Shown one piece after another: positions 29,011-39,272 of a stretch of DNA of 64,000 nucleotides (position 1 is the first letter of the stretch; every line of letters starts with the position of its first letter). The notes under the pieces are model-generated. The model did not search any database and was not told the DNA's origin. It saw nothing but the letters and a program-made list of their open reading frames with translations. This DNA comes from Candidatus Bathyarchaeota archaeon (GTDB lineage Archaea > Thermoproteota > Bathyarchaeia > Bathyarchaeales > Bathycorpusculaceae), in the NCBI GenBank assembly GCA_963832745.1, contig CAWHVC010000003.1, forward strand, positions 768,001-832,000. Reading direction: 5' to 3'. Position numbers and translations under genes: made by a program.

Positions 29011-30453
29011 ATGTCAGATACTGGAGTAACTGTAAAGAAAAATGTAGACTTCAGCGAATGGTACGTTGAAGTAGTCTTGAAAGCTGAACTTGCCGATTAC
29101 GCCCCCGTAAAGGGCTGCATGATTATCCGCCCAGACGCTTACGCGGTTTGGGAAAAAATCCAAGAAGTGGTCAACCAAAAAATCAAAGCCACCGGCCACA
29201 GAAACACTTACTTCCCAATGTTCATTCCCGAAGCATTCCTCAAAAAGGAAGCTGAACATTTTGAAGGGTTCACTCCAGAAGTTGCATGGATCACACAAGG
29301 CGGAGACACCCCGCTTGAAGAAAAACTTGCAGTGCGTCCAACCAGCGAAACCATAATGTACGCTATGTTTAACAAGTGGGTACGTAGCTGGCGAGACCTG
29401 CCTCTGAAAATTAATCAATGGTGCAACATTGTCCGTTGGGAAACCAAAGCCACAAAACTGTTTCTGCGAACCCGCGAGTTCCTTTGGCAGGAAGGCCACA
29501 CAGCACACGCCACCGCCGAAGAAGGGGAAGCCGAAGTCATGTGGGCACTAAACATGTACAAAGACGTCATAGAAAACACCTTAGCCATTCCAGTATTGAT
29601 TGGCACGAAAAGTGAAAGCGAAAAATTCGCAGGCGCCCTCTACACAACCGCGCTCGAGTCCATTATGCCAGACGGCAAAGCATTGCAAATGGGAACCAGC
29701 CACAACCTAGGCCAACACTTCGCCAAAGTCTTTGATGTAAAATACATCGGCGAAGACAAGCAAGACCATTATGTTTGGCAAACCAGTTGGGGCATTACGA
29801 CACGGTTGATTGGCGCCATGATTATGGTTCACGGAGACGACAAAGGCTTGATTATGCCACCAAAAGTTGCGCCAGTTCAAGTCGTTATTATTCCAATTCC
29901 ATTTAAGGGTCTAGAAGCAGAAGCAATCGCCGCCAAAACAAAAGAAATTGCGGAGTTACTCAAAGCCAAAGGTGTAAGCGTAATCTTAGATGACCGCAAC
30001 GAGTACACACCAGGCTGGAAATTCAACCAGTGGGAACTCAAAGGCGTTCCAGTGCGCATCGAACTTGGCCCACGCGACCTGAAAAACGGTCAAGTAGTCA
30101 TGGTACGACGCGACACCAAAGAGAAACTGTTTGTCAAAGAAGCAGGCATCCCCGCCACAATCGAAAAACTGCTCCAAGACATACAAGACAGTATGCTCGC
30201 AAAAGCCAAAGCAATCCTTGCAGACAAAACCACAGAAGTACAGACTTATGATGAGTTCAAGCAGGTTGTTGAAGGCAAAGGCGGATTCATCAAAGCAGCA
30301 TGGTGCGGAGACCCAGCTTGTGAAGCAAAAATCAAGGAAGAAACAGGCGCAACAATCCGCGTTATACCCTTCCAGCGAGAAGAGCCAAAATCGGGTTGCG
30401 TGTTCTGCGGCAAAGAAGCAAAAGACACCGCCTATTTCGCAAGGTCTTACTAG
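29011..30453 (+). CDS. proS: proline--tRNA ligase (archaeal/eukaryal type)
   Basis: RPTSET, FLRTREFLWQEGHT, GTSHNLGQHF, C-terminal Zn site, FARSY. Confidence 0.97.
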   Translation: MSDTGVTVKKNVDFSEWYVEVVLKAELADYAPVKGCMIIRPDAYAVWEKIQEVVNQKIKATGHRNTYFPMFIPEAFLKKEAEHFEGFTPEVAWITQGGDTPLEEKLAVRPTSETIMYAMFNKWVRSWRDLPLKINQWCNIVRWETKATKLFLRTREFLWQEGHTAHATAEEGEAEVMWALNMYKDVIENTLAIPVLIGTKSESEKFAGALYTTALESIMPDGKALQMGTSHNLGQHFAKVFDVKYIGEDKQDHYVWQTSWGITTRLIGAMIMVHGDDKGLIMPPKVAPVQVVIIPIPFKGLEAEAIAAKTKEIAELLKAKGVSVILDDRNEYTPGWKFNQWELKGVPVRIELGPRDLKNGQVVMVRRDTKEKLFVKEAGIPATIEKLLQDIQDSMLAKAKAILADKTTEVQTYDEFKQVVEGKGGFIKAAWCGDPACEAKIKEETGATIRVIPFQREEPKSGCVFCGKEAKDTAYFARSY

Positions 30454-30566
30454 ACCAAAATTTTTTCCATTTTTTTAATTGCTAAAAATTTTAGTCTTCT
30501 TGTTTGCGTGGGCAAGATTTATTTTTTTCTCCACTATGTCTCTTGGGTACAGGTCGGTAACTACCA

Positions 30567-31799
30567 TTGTCAAACGTTAAAGTAACTAAACGTGCAAGCA
30601 ACATCGAATACGCCATTCGCGATGTAATAGTTCACACTAAAGACCTAATAAAGAACGGCAAAAAAATCTATTACCTAAACATCGGCGACCCAGCCGCATT
30701 CGACTTTAAAACACCTCCCAGCTTAAAAGATGCATTATGCAACGCCATCGCCAAAGAGGACAATTATTATTCACCTTCAGAAGGTCTTCCCGAGCTTAGG
30801 CAGGCAGTTGCAAATAAAGAGAAAAAAGTAAACAATGTAGACATTACAGCAGATGATGTCATTGTTACTGAAGGAATCTCGGAAGGCATTCAAATGCTGC
30901 TTGGCGCCATCGTTGAGAAAGGAGACGAAATTCTCTTTCCAGGCCCAACTTATTCACCATACATTTCCTACACCAAATTCTTTGACGGTACACCAGTCTC
31001 CTATGAGACAATCGAAAAAGAAGGGTGGCAACCCAACATTGAGGACCTGCGCAAAAAAATCACCGATAGAACACGCGCTATCGCCATAATTAACCCAAAC
31101 AATCCCACAGGCGCAGTCTATGACAGCAAAACCATCAAAGCAATCCTTGACATCGCAGGAGAACACAACTTACCGGTTATCAGCGACGAAATCTACGACC
31201 AACTAACATATGAAAAACCATTTGTTAGCGCAGCCAACGTCACTACTGACGTTCCCGTCATCGGTTTAAACGGTTTTAGTAAAGTTTACCAGATGACCGG
31301 TTGGCGACTCGGCTACATGTACTTTAAAGGCGAAGGCGACAAGCTAAAGGCTCTTAAAGATGGTGTCGAGAAAGAGTGCAGAATCAGAATATGCGCTAAC
31401 ACGCCAGTCCAAATCGCGGCAACCGCAGCGCTTAACGGTCCACAGGACTTTGTCAAAGACATCGTTGAACGTTTAAAGCAACGCCGTGACTACAGCTGGA
31501 AACGTTTAAACGAAATCGAAGGCGTATCCACAACCAAACCTGAAGGCGCATTCTATATTTTCCCCAAAATTGAAGACATAGGTAAACGCTGGAAAGACGA
31601 CATGGATTTCGTAGTTTCATTGCTAAAAGAAACAGGCGTTTTAATCGTTAACGGTTCAGGTTTTGACCCAGTTTACGGTAAAGACCATGCAAGAATCGTG
31701 TTCCTTCCGCCAGTTAACGAGCTTGAAAAAGCGTATGACGCACTTGAAGGCTTCGTAAAGAATGGGCATAGAGGGCGCGGTCACGTAGGCAAAGGGTAA
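30567..31799 (+). CDS. class I/II PLP aminotransferase (alanine aminotransferase-like)
   Basis: YAIRD, LNIGDP, INPNNPTG, SDEIY, GFSKVYQMTGWRLG. Confidence 0.9.
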   Translation: MSNVKVTKRASNIEYAIRDVIVHTKDLIKNGKKIYYLNIGDPAAFDFKTPPSLKDALCNAIAKEDNYYSPSEGLPELRQAVANKEKKVNNVDITADDVIVTEGISEGIQMLLGAIVEKGDEILFPGPTYSPYISYTKFFDGTPVSYETIEKEGWQPNIEDLRKKITDRTRAIAIINPNNPTGAVYDSKTIKAILDIAGEHNLPVISDEIYDQLTYEKPFVSAANVTTDVPVIGLNGFSKVYQMTGWRLGYMYFKGEGDKLKALKDGVEKECRIRICANTPVQIAATAALNGPQDFVKDIVERLKQRRDYSWKRLNEIEGVSTTKPEGAFYIFPKIEDIGKRWKDDMDFVVSLLKETGVLIVNGSGFDPVYGKDHARIVFLPPVNELEKAYDALEGFVKNGHRGRGHVGKG

Positions 31800-31859
31800 A
31801 CCCTTCAACTTTTTTAGAACTTTTTTGTTTCAACATTGTTTGAAAGAATTCTTTATCAT

Positions 31860-31910
31860 TAGCACCTACCCTCTATAGGTTTCTGCATAGAACCTCTAAT
31901 AGGCTCCAAA
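31860..31910 (-). repeat. dispersed repeat family 1, copy C
   Basis: reverse complement reads tttggagcctattagaggttctatgcagaaacctatagagggtaggtgcta. Confidence 0.8.
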
Positions 31911-31989
31911 AATTCTCTAAATTGAGTCTATTTAGCCATAGCCTGAATTAGTCAAGAAAGTTTGACGAATAAGTTTTTATCAGTTTCAA

Positions 31990-32538
31990 ATGTTTGAAGG
32001 TTCTATGAATAACAAGCGTTTAGGTATCACTATTCTGATATCCGCAGTTTTGTTGGTAGCTGCGTTTGCTGGCACTATAACGTACTTTCTTTCTGAAATA
32101 AACTCTTTAAACAAACAAATAATTGAACGCAACAGCGAAATTTCCGATCTAAACAGTCAAATAGCAAATCTAACAAAAAAACTGTCAACAGCAAACCTAA
32201 CCGCTTCTTTAACTGTTGAAGATTACTCTGATTATTTTCTTTCTCTTGACGGTTCAGTATCAAATATTGGGAGAGAAACTGCAACGAACGCTGGTTTACA
32301 TGTAACGGGGTATGATGCACAGGGAGTATTGAAAATTAATGCTACAGTTCCTCTGGCTTTTCAAGAAGAGTTCAGTAATCCTTTTGGGAACTTGGAGGCA
32401 GGGGGCAGTTTAATTGGCGGCAGTCATTCGGTAACAAGTTTAGACGGCGGGCAGTCTGCTCAAATTCGTTTAGATATTGACCATACAGGGTCGGTTGCAA
32501 ACTGGACAATTATTCCCATATGGACAACTACGGCTTAG
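31990..32538 (+). CDS. membrane-anchored protein with coiled coil and Ig-like domain
   Basis: N-terminal TM, heptad stretch, G.VSNIG..TA.N beta domain. Confidence 0.7.
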   Translation: MFEGSMNNKRLGITILISAVLLVAAFAGTITYFLSEINSLNKQIIERNSEISDLNSQIANLTKKLSTANLTASLTVEDYSDYFLSLDGSVSNIGRETATNAGLHVTGYDAQGVLKINATVPLAFQEEFSNPFGNLEAGGSLIGGSHSVTSLDGGQSAQIRLDIDHTGSVANWTIIPIWTTTA

Positions 32539-32659
32539 CTAAAATTTAACCAAGCAAAAAGCATCTAAACCCTAATACGCCAAATGGGTAGCACTGGAAT
32601 TAAGAGTACATGACCAATAAATAATAATTATCCTATGATTTAAAAAAGAAAGAGAAAGT

Positions 32660-33544
32660 TTAGATTTTTGTGCCCTGACTTGGGTCACAGATTACTTTTT
32701 GGAATTCAACCATCAATTTTTTGGTGACTGGCCCCGGTTTGCCGTCGCCGATTACGCGTTTGTTGACTTCACGTATTGGAGCCATTTCCATGGCGGTTCC
32801 AGTGAAGAATGCTTCGTCAGCAGTGAATAGCATGAACGGTGTCAGGTTGCATATGTTGACTTTTATGCCGAGTTTAGCTGCGATTTGTGTGACAACTTCC
32901 GCAGTGATACCAGCTAGTGCGCCTGTTGATGTTGGTGGACTGAAGAGTTCGCCATCTTTAACGATAAACACGTTTTCGCCGACGCCTTCTGCAATGTAAC
33001 CGTTGTTTTCTAGGCACATGGCTTCGTCAACGCCGTTATTGTTGGCCTCAATTTTGGCAAGGATGCTGTTTAGGTAATTGAGTGATTTAACTTCGTGTGT
33101 GGTTGCGTCAACAGGGTTTCTTCGAACCCAACTGAACATTGTGGTTATGCCTGTCTCTTGAGCGTTGCCAGACTTGATTTTAATTGTATCCGCAATTACT
33201 ATGACTGTTGGTTTGGGACATTTGCGTGGGTCCAAGCCTAAATCGCCGACGCCCCTTGAAACCACGAGACGGATGTAGGAGTCTTTCATTTGGTTTTTGC
33301 GCAGGGTTTCTACTACGGCTTGAATCATTTCTTCCTTGGTTAATGGCATGTTTAGCATTATGGCGTGTGCTGAACGGTACAAGCGGTCAACATGCTCTTT
33401 AAGTTTGAAGACCACGCCGTTGTATGCGCGGATGCCTTCGAAAACGCCGTCTCCGTAAAGGAATCCGTGGTCATAAACGGAAACTTTTGCCTCTGATTTA
33501 GGATAATATTTGCCGTCTATGTATATTTGCAGTTCATTGGTCAT
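32660..33544 (-). CDS. ilvE: branched-chain amino acid aminotransferase
   Basis: DHGFLYGDGVFEGIR, KSLNYLN, LAGIT, EAFFTGT. Confidence 0.95.
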   Translation of the reverse strand: MTNELQIYIDGKYYPKSEAKVSVYDHGFLYGDGVFEGIRAYNGVVFKLKEHVDRLYRSAHAIMLNMPLTKEEMIQAVVETLRKNQMKDSYIRLVVSRGVGDLGLDPRKCPKPTVIVIADTIKIKSGNAQETGITTMFSWVRRNPVDATTHEVKSLNYLNSILAKIEANNNGVDEAMCLENNGYIAEGVGENVFIVKDGELFSPPTSTGALAGITAEVVTQIAAKLGIKVNICNLTPFMLFTADEAFFTGTAMEMAPIREVNKRVIGDGKPGPVTKKLMVEFQKVICDPSQGTKI

Positions 33545-33637
33545 TTGTCTTTCACTTCTTGGATGCAGGTTTCTTATTGTTCAATGTTTGATATAGTTTA
33601 TCACAATGATACGTATAGTTCATTTACGGTTAATTTA

Positions 33638-35551
33638 TTAACCGTGGAACTGGGGACGTTTCGAGAGATAAACTGGCAAGGGCAAGGGTTTGTAGGGTTT
33701 GCCTGCAATTTTTTCTGTGACTTTGGTGATGAGCTGCTCGGTGGTTAAGGCTTCTTGTTGACCCTTAAGTTCTCGTACGCGGACGGAAAGAGTGCCTGAT
33801 TCAATTTCTTTTTCGCCAACAACGATTATGTAAGGTACCCATTCCTGTTCTGCTTCACGGATTTTCTTCTGCAGAGTAGATGCTGAATCGTCGATGTCAA
33901 CGCGGATACAGTGACCAGCAATTTGAGTGGCTAATTGCTCAACTTTGTCAAGGAACTTGTCGGAAATTGGAATCAAACGTACCTGAGTTGGTGAGAGCCA
34001 GACTGGAAGCATTGGTGCTTTGCCTGTCATTTGTTCACGGTAAGCCTTTTCAAGCAATGCGTAAATGTCACGTTCGATGGCGCCGCTTGGGCTACAGTGC
34101 AAAATGAGTGGGAACTGTTTTTCGCCCGCCTCGTTAACGTAAGTGATTTCATAACGTTTGGCATTTTCTACGTCGATTTGGTCAGTGCTTAATGCTGCGG
34201 CTTTGTCTTGGTTGTCAACAAAGTTAAGGTCCCATTTCAAAGCAAAATAGAAGAACCGTTCATTCCAAACTTCAGCAAGGATTGGCTTGCCGAATGCTTT
34301 GGCAAGTTCTGCTATGAAGTCTTTGTTTTCAGCGTAGAAGTCTTTGGTGAAACGCATTGCAATCTCGTAATCGTCATGTACCAAGCCTATGTTGGCAAGC
34401 ACGTCGATACAGAGGTTGAAGCGTACCATGAATTCCTTCTTCGCCTGTTCAAGGTCAGTACAGAAAGCGTGGCAATCAGGCATGGTGAATGCGCGTAAAC
34501 GTTTTAGGCCGACGACTTCGCCGCTTTTCTCTCGTCTGAAACTGTAACGTGTAAGCTCGTAAAGTTTGATAGGCATTTGTTTGTAACTAAACTGGGCGTC
34601 ATGTGCCATCAAGAATTGCCCAAAGCATGCCGCAAACCGCAAAAACAGTTCTTTATCTTCTGATTTAAGGACGTATTGACGTGCTGGGAACCTGTTTAGG
34701 TAGCTTTTGAGGCTTGGATGGTTGAAGTCATACATAATTGGGGTTTCAACTTCCATGCCGCCGTAAGCCTGCACGCGGGCTGTAACATATTGTTCGAGCA
34801 AGGATTTTATCATGCGTCCTTTGGGATACCAGCGGACGTTGCCGGGGTCACTGCCAGGTTCATAATCAGCAATCTCAAGACGTTTCATCAAGGGCACGTG
34901 TGGTGGCATGACAGTGACTGCGCGGGTCTTCTTGATTTCATAGTTGGCGAATTTTTGCAGGTTAGCATGTCCTTTGAATTTGAATTCTTCGACTGGTACA
35001 AGTGAACCGTCAGTTTGCAGGATATGCCAGTAAGACTTCATTGTGTCCTCGGCTTTAAGCGCCGCTGAAACTGGTTCCTCTTCCTTTTTAGGTCCAAATA
35101 CGCCTTCGGCTTCCGTTTTCGCTTCTGTTGAGGGGGTTGCTTCTGGAGTGTAAGCGCGGGCTTGCTCAGCCAACGGGTGGCCTTTGATGGATATTGTGAA
35201 CTGTTTGTTCCAGCCAAAAGGTGCACGGTAGGTTTCTATGCCTTTTTGTTTTGCAAAGTCTTCCATTTCTTTGATTACAGGGAAGGCTTCAGAAGGTTTT
35301 GATAAGTTGCTGCTTAAATGTGCGAATGGGTAGATGAGTATTTTGTTAACTTTTAGTTTACCCAGAAAAGCTCTTGCGTCGTTGATGGCTTTCTGTGCAA
35401 TTTGGGCGTTGTCGCCTTCTTCAACCGCTGTGAAAAGTACAACGACTTCTTCTACGCGAACTTCATTTTTTTCTGCTTCTTCAGCTTGCGGAATTTCTTT
35501 TTCTACTGGCTTGTAAGTTATAAAGTTAGAGTGTAACTGTAAAATTCGCAT
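33638..35551 (-). CDS. thrS: threonine--tRNA ligase, archaeal type with N-terminal editing domain
   Basis: MRILQLH, YPFAHLS, RAPFGW, RFAACFG, LRAFTMPD.H, LHCSPSGAIER. Confidence 0.96.
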   Translation of the reverse strand: MRILQLHSNFITYKPVEKEIPQAEEAEKNEVRVEEVVVLFTAVEEGDNAQIAQKAINDARAFLGKLKVNKILIYPFAHLSSNLSKPSEAFPVIKEMEDFAKQKGIETYRAPFGWNKQFTISIKGHPLAEQARAYTPEATPSTEAKTEAEGVFGPKKEEEPVSAALKAEDTMKSYWHILQTDGSLVPVEEFKFKGHANLQKFANYEIKKTRAVTVMPPHVPLMKRLEIADYEPGSDPGNVRWYPKGRMIKSLLEQYVTARVQAYGGMEVETPIMYDFNHPSLKSYLNRFPARQYVLKSEDKELFLRFAACFGQFLMAHDAQFSYKQMPIKLYELTRYSFRREKSGEVVGLKRLRAFTMPDCHAFCTDLEQAKKEFMVRFNLCIDVLANIGLVHDDYEIAMRFTKDFYAENKDFIAELAKAFGKPILAEVWNERFFYFALKWDLNFVDNQDKAAALSTDQIDVENAKRYEITYVNEAGEKQFPLILHCSPSGAIERDIYALLEKAYREQMTGKAPMLPVWLSPTQVRLIPISDKFLDKVEQLATQIAGHCIRVDIDDSASTLQKKIREAEQEWVPYIIVVGEKEIESGTLSVRVRELKGQQEALTTEQLITKVTEKIAGKPYKPLPLPVYLSKRPQFHG

Positions 35552-35565
35552 TTATCTGTAACCTT

Positions 35566-35772
35566 CTACATTCCGTGACGCCATTTGTCAAGGAGTTTAT
35601 CTTTCTTGGACTTCTTTTTGTATTCTTTATAGTGCTCCTTGCAAAGGTAAGCACGTTTGTCAGTATTAATTTTTAATCCTGCAGCTTTAACTTTGTCAGC
35701 TGAAATTGAACGTTCTGCTTCGTTACTGCAGCCTGACACACTGCATTTTTCGCCTTTATCTATTCGTCCCAC
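35566..35772 (-). CDS. small zinc-binding protein
   Basis: CSVSGC...YLCKEH; GTG start at 35772. Confidence 0.7.
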   Translation of the reverse strand: MGRIDKGEKCSVSGCSNEAERSISADKVKAAGLKINTDKRAYLCKEHYKEYKKKSKKDKLLDKWRHGM

Positions 35773-35820
35773 GATAGTGCGCCTCAAATCTAACTGATTT
35801 ACTTTTAGTTACATGTATAC

Positions 35821-36747
35821 TTATTGCTTAAGTTCTTTTTCATAAAGGTAAGTAGCTCTTTTTAGGATTTCTTGCTTTTCCCCAAAATAAGTTGAACCAA
35901 TTCCTTCCACCACCATCGAAGCGGCAGCAGACCCTACAGAAGCACACCACAAAGACGTCTTATCCCGCAGGTACTCAGTTAAGAAACCGCCAATGAAAAC
36001 GTCGCCTGCACCAGTTGGGTCAACAAGCACGCTTGATTGGCAAGCAGGAACATTATACTGTGCCCCTTCAACAGAAAGCAATGAACCTTTAGCACCCATG
36101 GTTACAATAACTGTTTCTACGCCAACATCATGTAACGCTTTAATTGCCGATTTAAGCTCAGATTGCCCAGTTAAAGCAAAAATTTCGTCTTGTGACGCTT
36201 TGCAAATGTTAACCAAGCCCATGATGCGTTTGTCTGCCTGAAGGCTCTGGGTTACGTTGCCGTTTTGGTCAAAACATCGCAGGAATCCTTGAGGGTCAAG
36301 TGATAGGACATCGCAGCATGCTTTTAAGCGTTCTACGGTTTCGTAGCTGATTTCGTTAGCTATCGGCGCAATGTGAATGGCTTTAGCTTGCAGGTCGCGT
36401 GGGATGTCGTCAATGTTAATTGGGTTGCCTTTGCAGGTTAGTTTTAGTGTGCGTTCGGAGAAGTCTTGGTTGTAAGCAAGTTCAAAATGGGTTGTTGTTT
36501 CTTGCATGTAACGTTTTACGGCTGAAACATCGATGCCTTCTTCTTTTAGCCACCACAGATAGGCTTCTGGAAAGTCTTCTCCGACCCGTGACACAACTGA
36601 TACTGCTCCTTCGAGGGTTTTTACTGCAAAAGAAGTGTAAGTGGTTGCGCCGCCCAAATTGTGAAATGGTTTGTCTCGGGTGGGAACTATTATGGAGTCT
36701 AACGAGAAACTGCCGACTACGCAGACGTCACATTTTTGGGTTGCCAT
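35821..36747 (-). CDS. PfkB-family carbohydrate/nucleoside kinase
   Basis: GG..Y, DPQG, VTMGAKG, DPTGAGDVF. Confidence 0.92.
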   Translation of the reverse strand: MATQKCDVCVVGSFSLDSIIVPTRDKPFHNLGGATTYTSFAVKTLEGAVSVVSRVGEDFPEAYLWWLKEEGIDVSAVKRYMQETTTHFELAYNQDFSERTLKLTCKGNPINIDDIPRDLQAKAIHIAPIANEISYETVERLKACCDVLSLDPQGFLRCFDQNGNVTQSLQADKRIMGLVNICKASQDEIFALTGQSELKSAIKALHDVGVETVIVTMGAKGSLLSVEGAQYNVPACQSSVLVDPTGAGDVFIGGFLTEYLRDKTSLWCASVGSAAASMVVEGIGSTYFGEKQEILKRATYLYEKELKQ

Positions 36748-36871
36748 TTTGCTGTTCCGATTGATTTTATGGTTACAGGTGATATATAGAATTAGCCTTC
36801 TTTACAGGATGACTGACTTAAGGTTTTTTGTTGGTAAATTTAATATATTCCTCAAGCTTGAAGAAGGGGTT

Positions 36872-36935
36872 GGCTATGGCATTAGCCTTGGCGTAGTCCA
36901 GAACCGCAAACCATGAGGATGCTGATAATGCCTAC
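36872..36935 (+). ncRNA. fluoride riboswitch (crcB motif), variant
   Basis: GGCTA-TGGCAT-TAGCC P1, AACCGC, GCTGATAATGCCTAC with GGCATT/AATGCC pseudoknot; directly upstream of crcB. Confidence 0.85.
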
Positions 36936-36957
36936 CAGAAAAGGCAGGTAATAGACA

Positions 36958-37347
36958 GTGAAGTGGATAGAGTTAGCCCTTTTGGCGGCGGGTGCAGTAA
37001 TTGGCGCAGGTTTACGTTACAAACTTGTTGAGTCTCCAGCATCAATCTACGGGTTACCCCTAAACGTGCTCCTCGTAAACATAATCGGTAGCTTCATACT
37101 GGGATTCTTCGCAGTCATGTCCCCAGCACTTAATCTTGACCCAAAATACACCCTTTTTATGGGTGTTGGTTTCTGCGGCAGCCTAACAACAATGTCCTCG
37201 TTTGCGCTGGAAACAAGCAACCTGTTTGACAACAGCCGATACGGATTAATGGCGTTAAACGTCTTAACAAACGTGGGTTTATCGTTGGGGGCAGTTTTCG
37301 CGGGCAAAACCATAGCTGACGTGGTAATGGAGAGGTTTATGCGTTGA
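36958..37347 (+). CDS. crcB: fluoride channel Fluc/CrcB
   Basis: GAVIGAGLRY, VNIIGSFILG, GFCGSLTTMSSF. Confidence 0.95.
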   Translation: MKWIELALLAAGAVIGAGLRYKLVESPASIYGLPLNVLLVNIIGSFILGFFAVMSPALNLDPKYTLFMGVGFCGSLTTMSSFALETSNLFDNSRYGLMALNVLTNVGLSLGAVFAGKTIADVVMERFMR

Positions 37348-37655
37348 AACAAAAAATGTGGCAACTAACCATCCGAATAAAACGCAACGACACTGTAGAT
37401 GGCAAACGACTTGAACACTTACTGCTGGATTTGCTAAAAAAGGCGGGGGTTTCAGGGGCAACAGTTTGGACTGGCGTTGACGGCTTTGGAAAACGAGGAA
37501 AATCCACCATGCATCTTGAGGGCATCCAAATAAATATGCCTCTAATTATCGAAGTTATTGATTTAGAAGAAAAACTCGAACCCTTGCTGGTTGAGCTTAA
37601 ACGGCTTATTGACGACAACGGACTAGTCACGGTTCAAGAAACCTATGTAATCTGA
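37344..37655 (+). CDS. DUF190 (PII-like) protein
   Basis: GVSGATV..GVDGFG, PLIIEVID, GLVT; usual crcB partner. Confidence 0.9.
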   Translation: MKQKMWQLTIRIKRNDTVDGKRLEHLLLDLLKKAGVSGATVWTGVDGFGKRGKSTMHLEGIQINMPLIIEVIDLEEKLEPLLVELKRLIDDNGLVTVQETYVI

Positions 37656-38432
37656 TCAGTTTATATTTTCGTTTACTCTTTTGCGGTTCTTTTTTGCAAG
37701 AACAACAAGCGCAGCCGCTAAAACCACAACTACAACAAACAAAACGATTGCAACCTGCTGCCAATCAAAACCAAATAACACTTCAGCCAGAACATTTGAT
37801 TGTTGAGCTGCTTGTGTGCCATCGGGAATTGTTACATTTTGCGTCTGGCTCCAACCGCTTGTTTCGTCAATAATGTAAACTTTTCTCTCTTCAACGCCAT
37901 ACTCAGGACCCAACATTGGATGCAAAGGGTGCAATTCGATTTCTGAATGACTAACAAATGCTATCACTTGAAAATCGATTTGGGCTTTAAGTGGATACTG
38001 GGTGGATACTGAAATGTTTGTGTATTCTGAATTTGATTGGGATGGGTAATGGAAGTATTCGCCGCTGGGCGCTTGATAAAGTTCATTCCAGCCTTCTTCA
38101 AAATGACCCTTACTGCGAACATTATAACTCAAACTATACGTTATGTTGTTAGAACTGTAAGCATAGGGCTGATTTTTTATAGATACCTCTATGTCGTAGG
38201 CTTGCACATGGCGTCCAGGGATGGTTATGGCTTCGCCAGTATAGGGGTCAACAGAAGTTGTTGGAGCAACATCATGTGACTTGTCGATTATGTTTACGGT
38301 GAATTCGGGCAAAGAAGGTTTAGGAACCGTTGAAGCAGCATAAACAGTTGGAGTTAGTACAACCAGAAGTGCAATCAAAGCAATTCCAGTCAGGGTTATG
38401 CCGATTTTTCGGTTTCTACCGTGATTGCCCAC
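37656..38432 (-). CDS. secreted protein with C-terminal TM anchor
   Basis: signal peptide, PKPSLPEFT...DPYTG...IKNQP...YNVRSKGHF, TM + basic tail; GGAGG SD. Confidence 0.75.
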   Translation of the reverse strand: MGNHGRNRKIGITLTGIALIALLVVLTPTVYAASTVPKPSLPEFTVNIIDKSHDVAPTTSVDPYTGEAITIPGRHVQAYDIEVSIKNQPYAYSSNNITYSLSYNVRSKGHFEEGWNELYQAPSGEYFHYPSQSNSEYTNISVSTQYPLKAQIDFQVIAFVSHSEIELHPLHPMLGPEYGVEERKVYIIDETSGWSQTQNVTIPDGTQAAQQSNVLAEVLFGFDWQQVAIVLFVVVVVLAAALVVLAKKNRKRVNENIN

Positions 38433-38781
38433 TTTTAAGCCTCCAAGTCAGCCCTAAATAAGGCTGGGACAAAAAAGGCTAATAAGGCTTCTTGAAAATC
38501 AGCGCAGACAACATAAAATGTCCAAAAAGCAGAATCAACTTTCAAATATAGTAACCAACAGCAGCCGCCATTCTGCTTTTTAACTAAATTTTAAATCAGA
38601 ACAAAACAATAGAAATACTAAGATAAGCAATGTGGGCTTTAGCTATCGTTGACCCAACAATTTACGCGTTACCTTACATTATTATGCATTCGCGTTTATC
38701 GCAGTTTTTTCAGGGCTCATCTTAAAGTTTAAGGTTCTTCACAGTTTTCACAAAAAACGCAGCCTCGCCTTTTACGCTGTT

Positions 38782-39249
38782 ATGACAGCGGTTGGGGTTT
38801 TGCTGGGTTTCTTGGCGTATGATGCAGGTTTAGGTCCAACTCATATCTCGTACCATTTTGTTTTTGGTTCGGACTCATTTAACCCTGAAGGGGTGAACCA
38901 GTTTAACGTTAATTCAATCAACAATGGCATACGAACGGCAAGCTACAATCTGGTTCTTCACGGCATAAACGCGTCTTTCACCGAAACAAACCCGCCTGAA
39001 TACGTTAGAATTGACGAGTCAACCATCAAAATGCCTTATACATTCAACACTGCCGCAGAAGCAAGCATAAGCAAACCAGTTTTCTTCACTATAAACCAAG
39101 GCGCATCAGGCTTTTCAGTTAATATTGACATGGAAACTTCAGAAGGCACCAACCTACTAGTTACCACTTGTACAGACTCGATGATTTGCACATACAACTC
39201 CACGCTTAACAGTTACACAATAAAGTCAATATCATCAGTGACAGCCTAG
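38782..39249 (+). CDS. membrane-anchored hypothetical protein (5' end uncertain)
   Basis: frame is open upstream to 38653 with hydrophobic residues; a frameshift from ATG 38630 is possible. Confidence 0.55.
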   Translation: MTAVGVLLGFLAYDAGLGPTHISYHFVFGSDSFNPEGVNQFNVNSINNGIRTASYNLVLHGINASFTETNPPEYVRIDESTIKMPYTFNTAAEASISKPVFFTINQGASGFSVNIDMETSEGTNLLVTTCTDSMICTYNSTLNSYTIKSISSVTA

Positions 39250-39272
39250 AAAAATGTGGAAGCGCCAATTTG

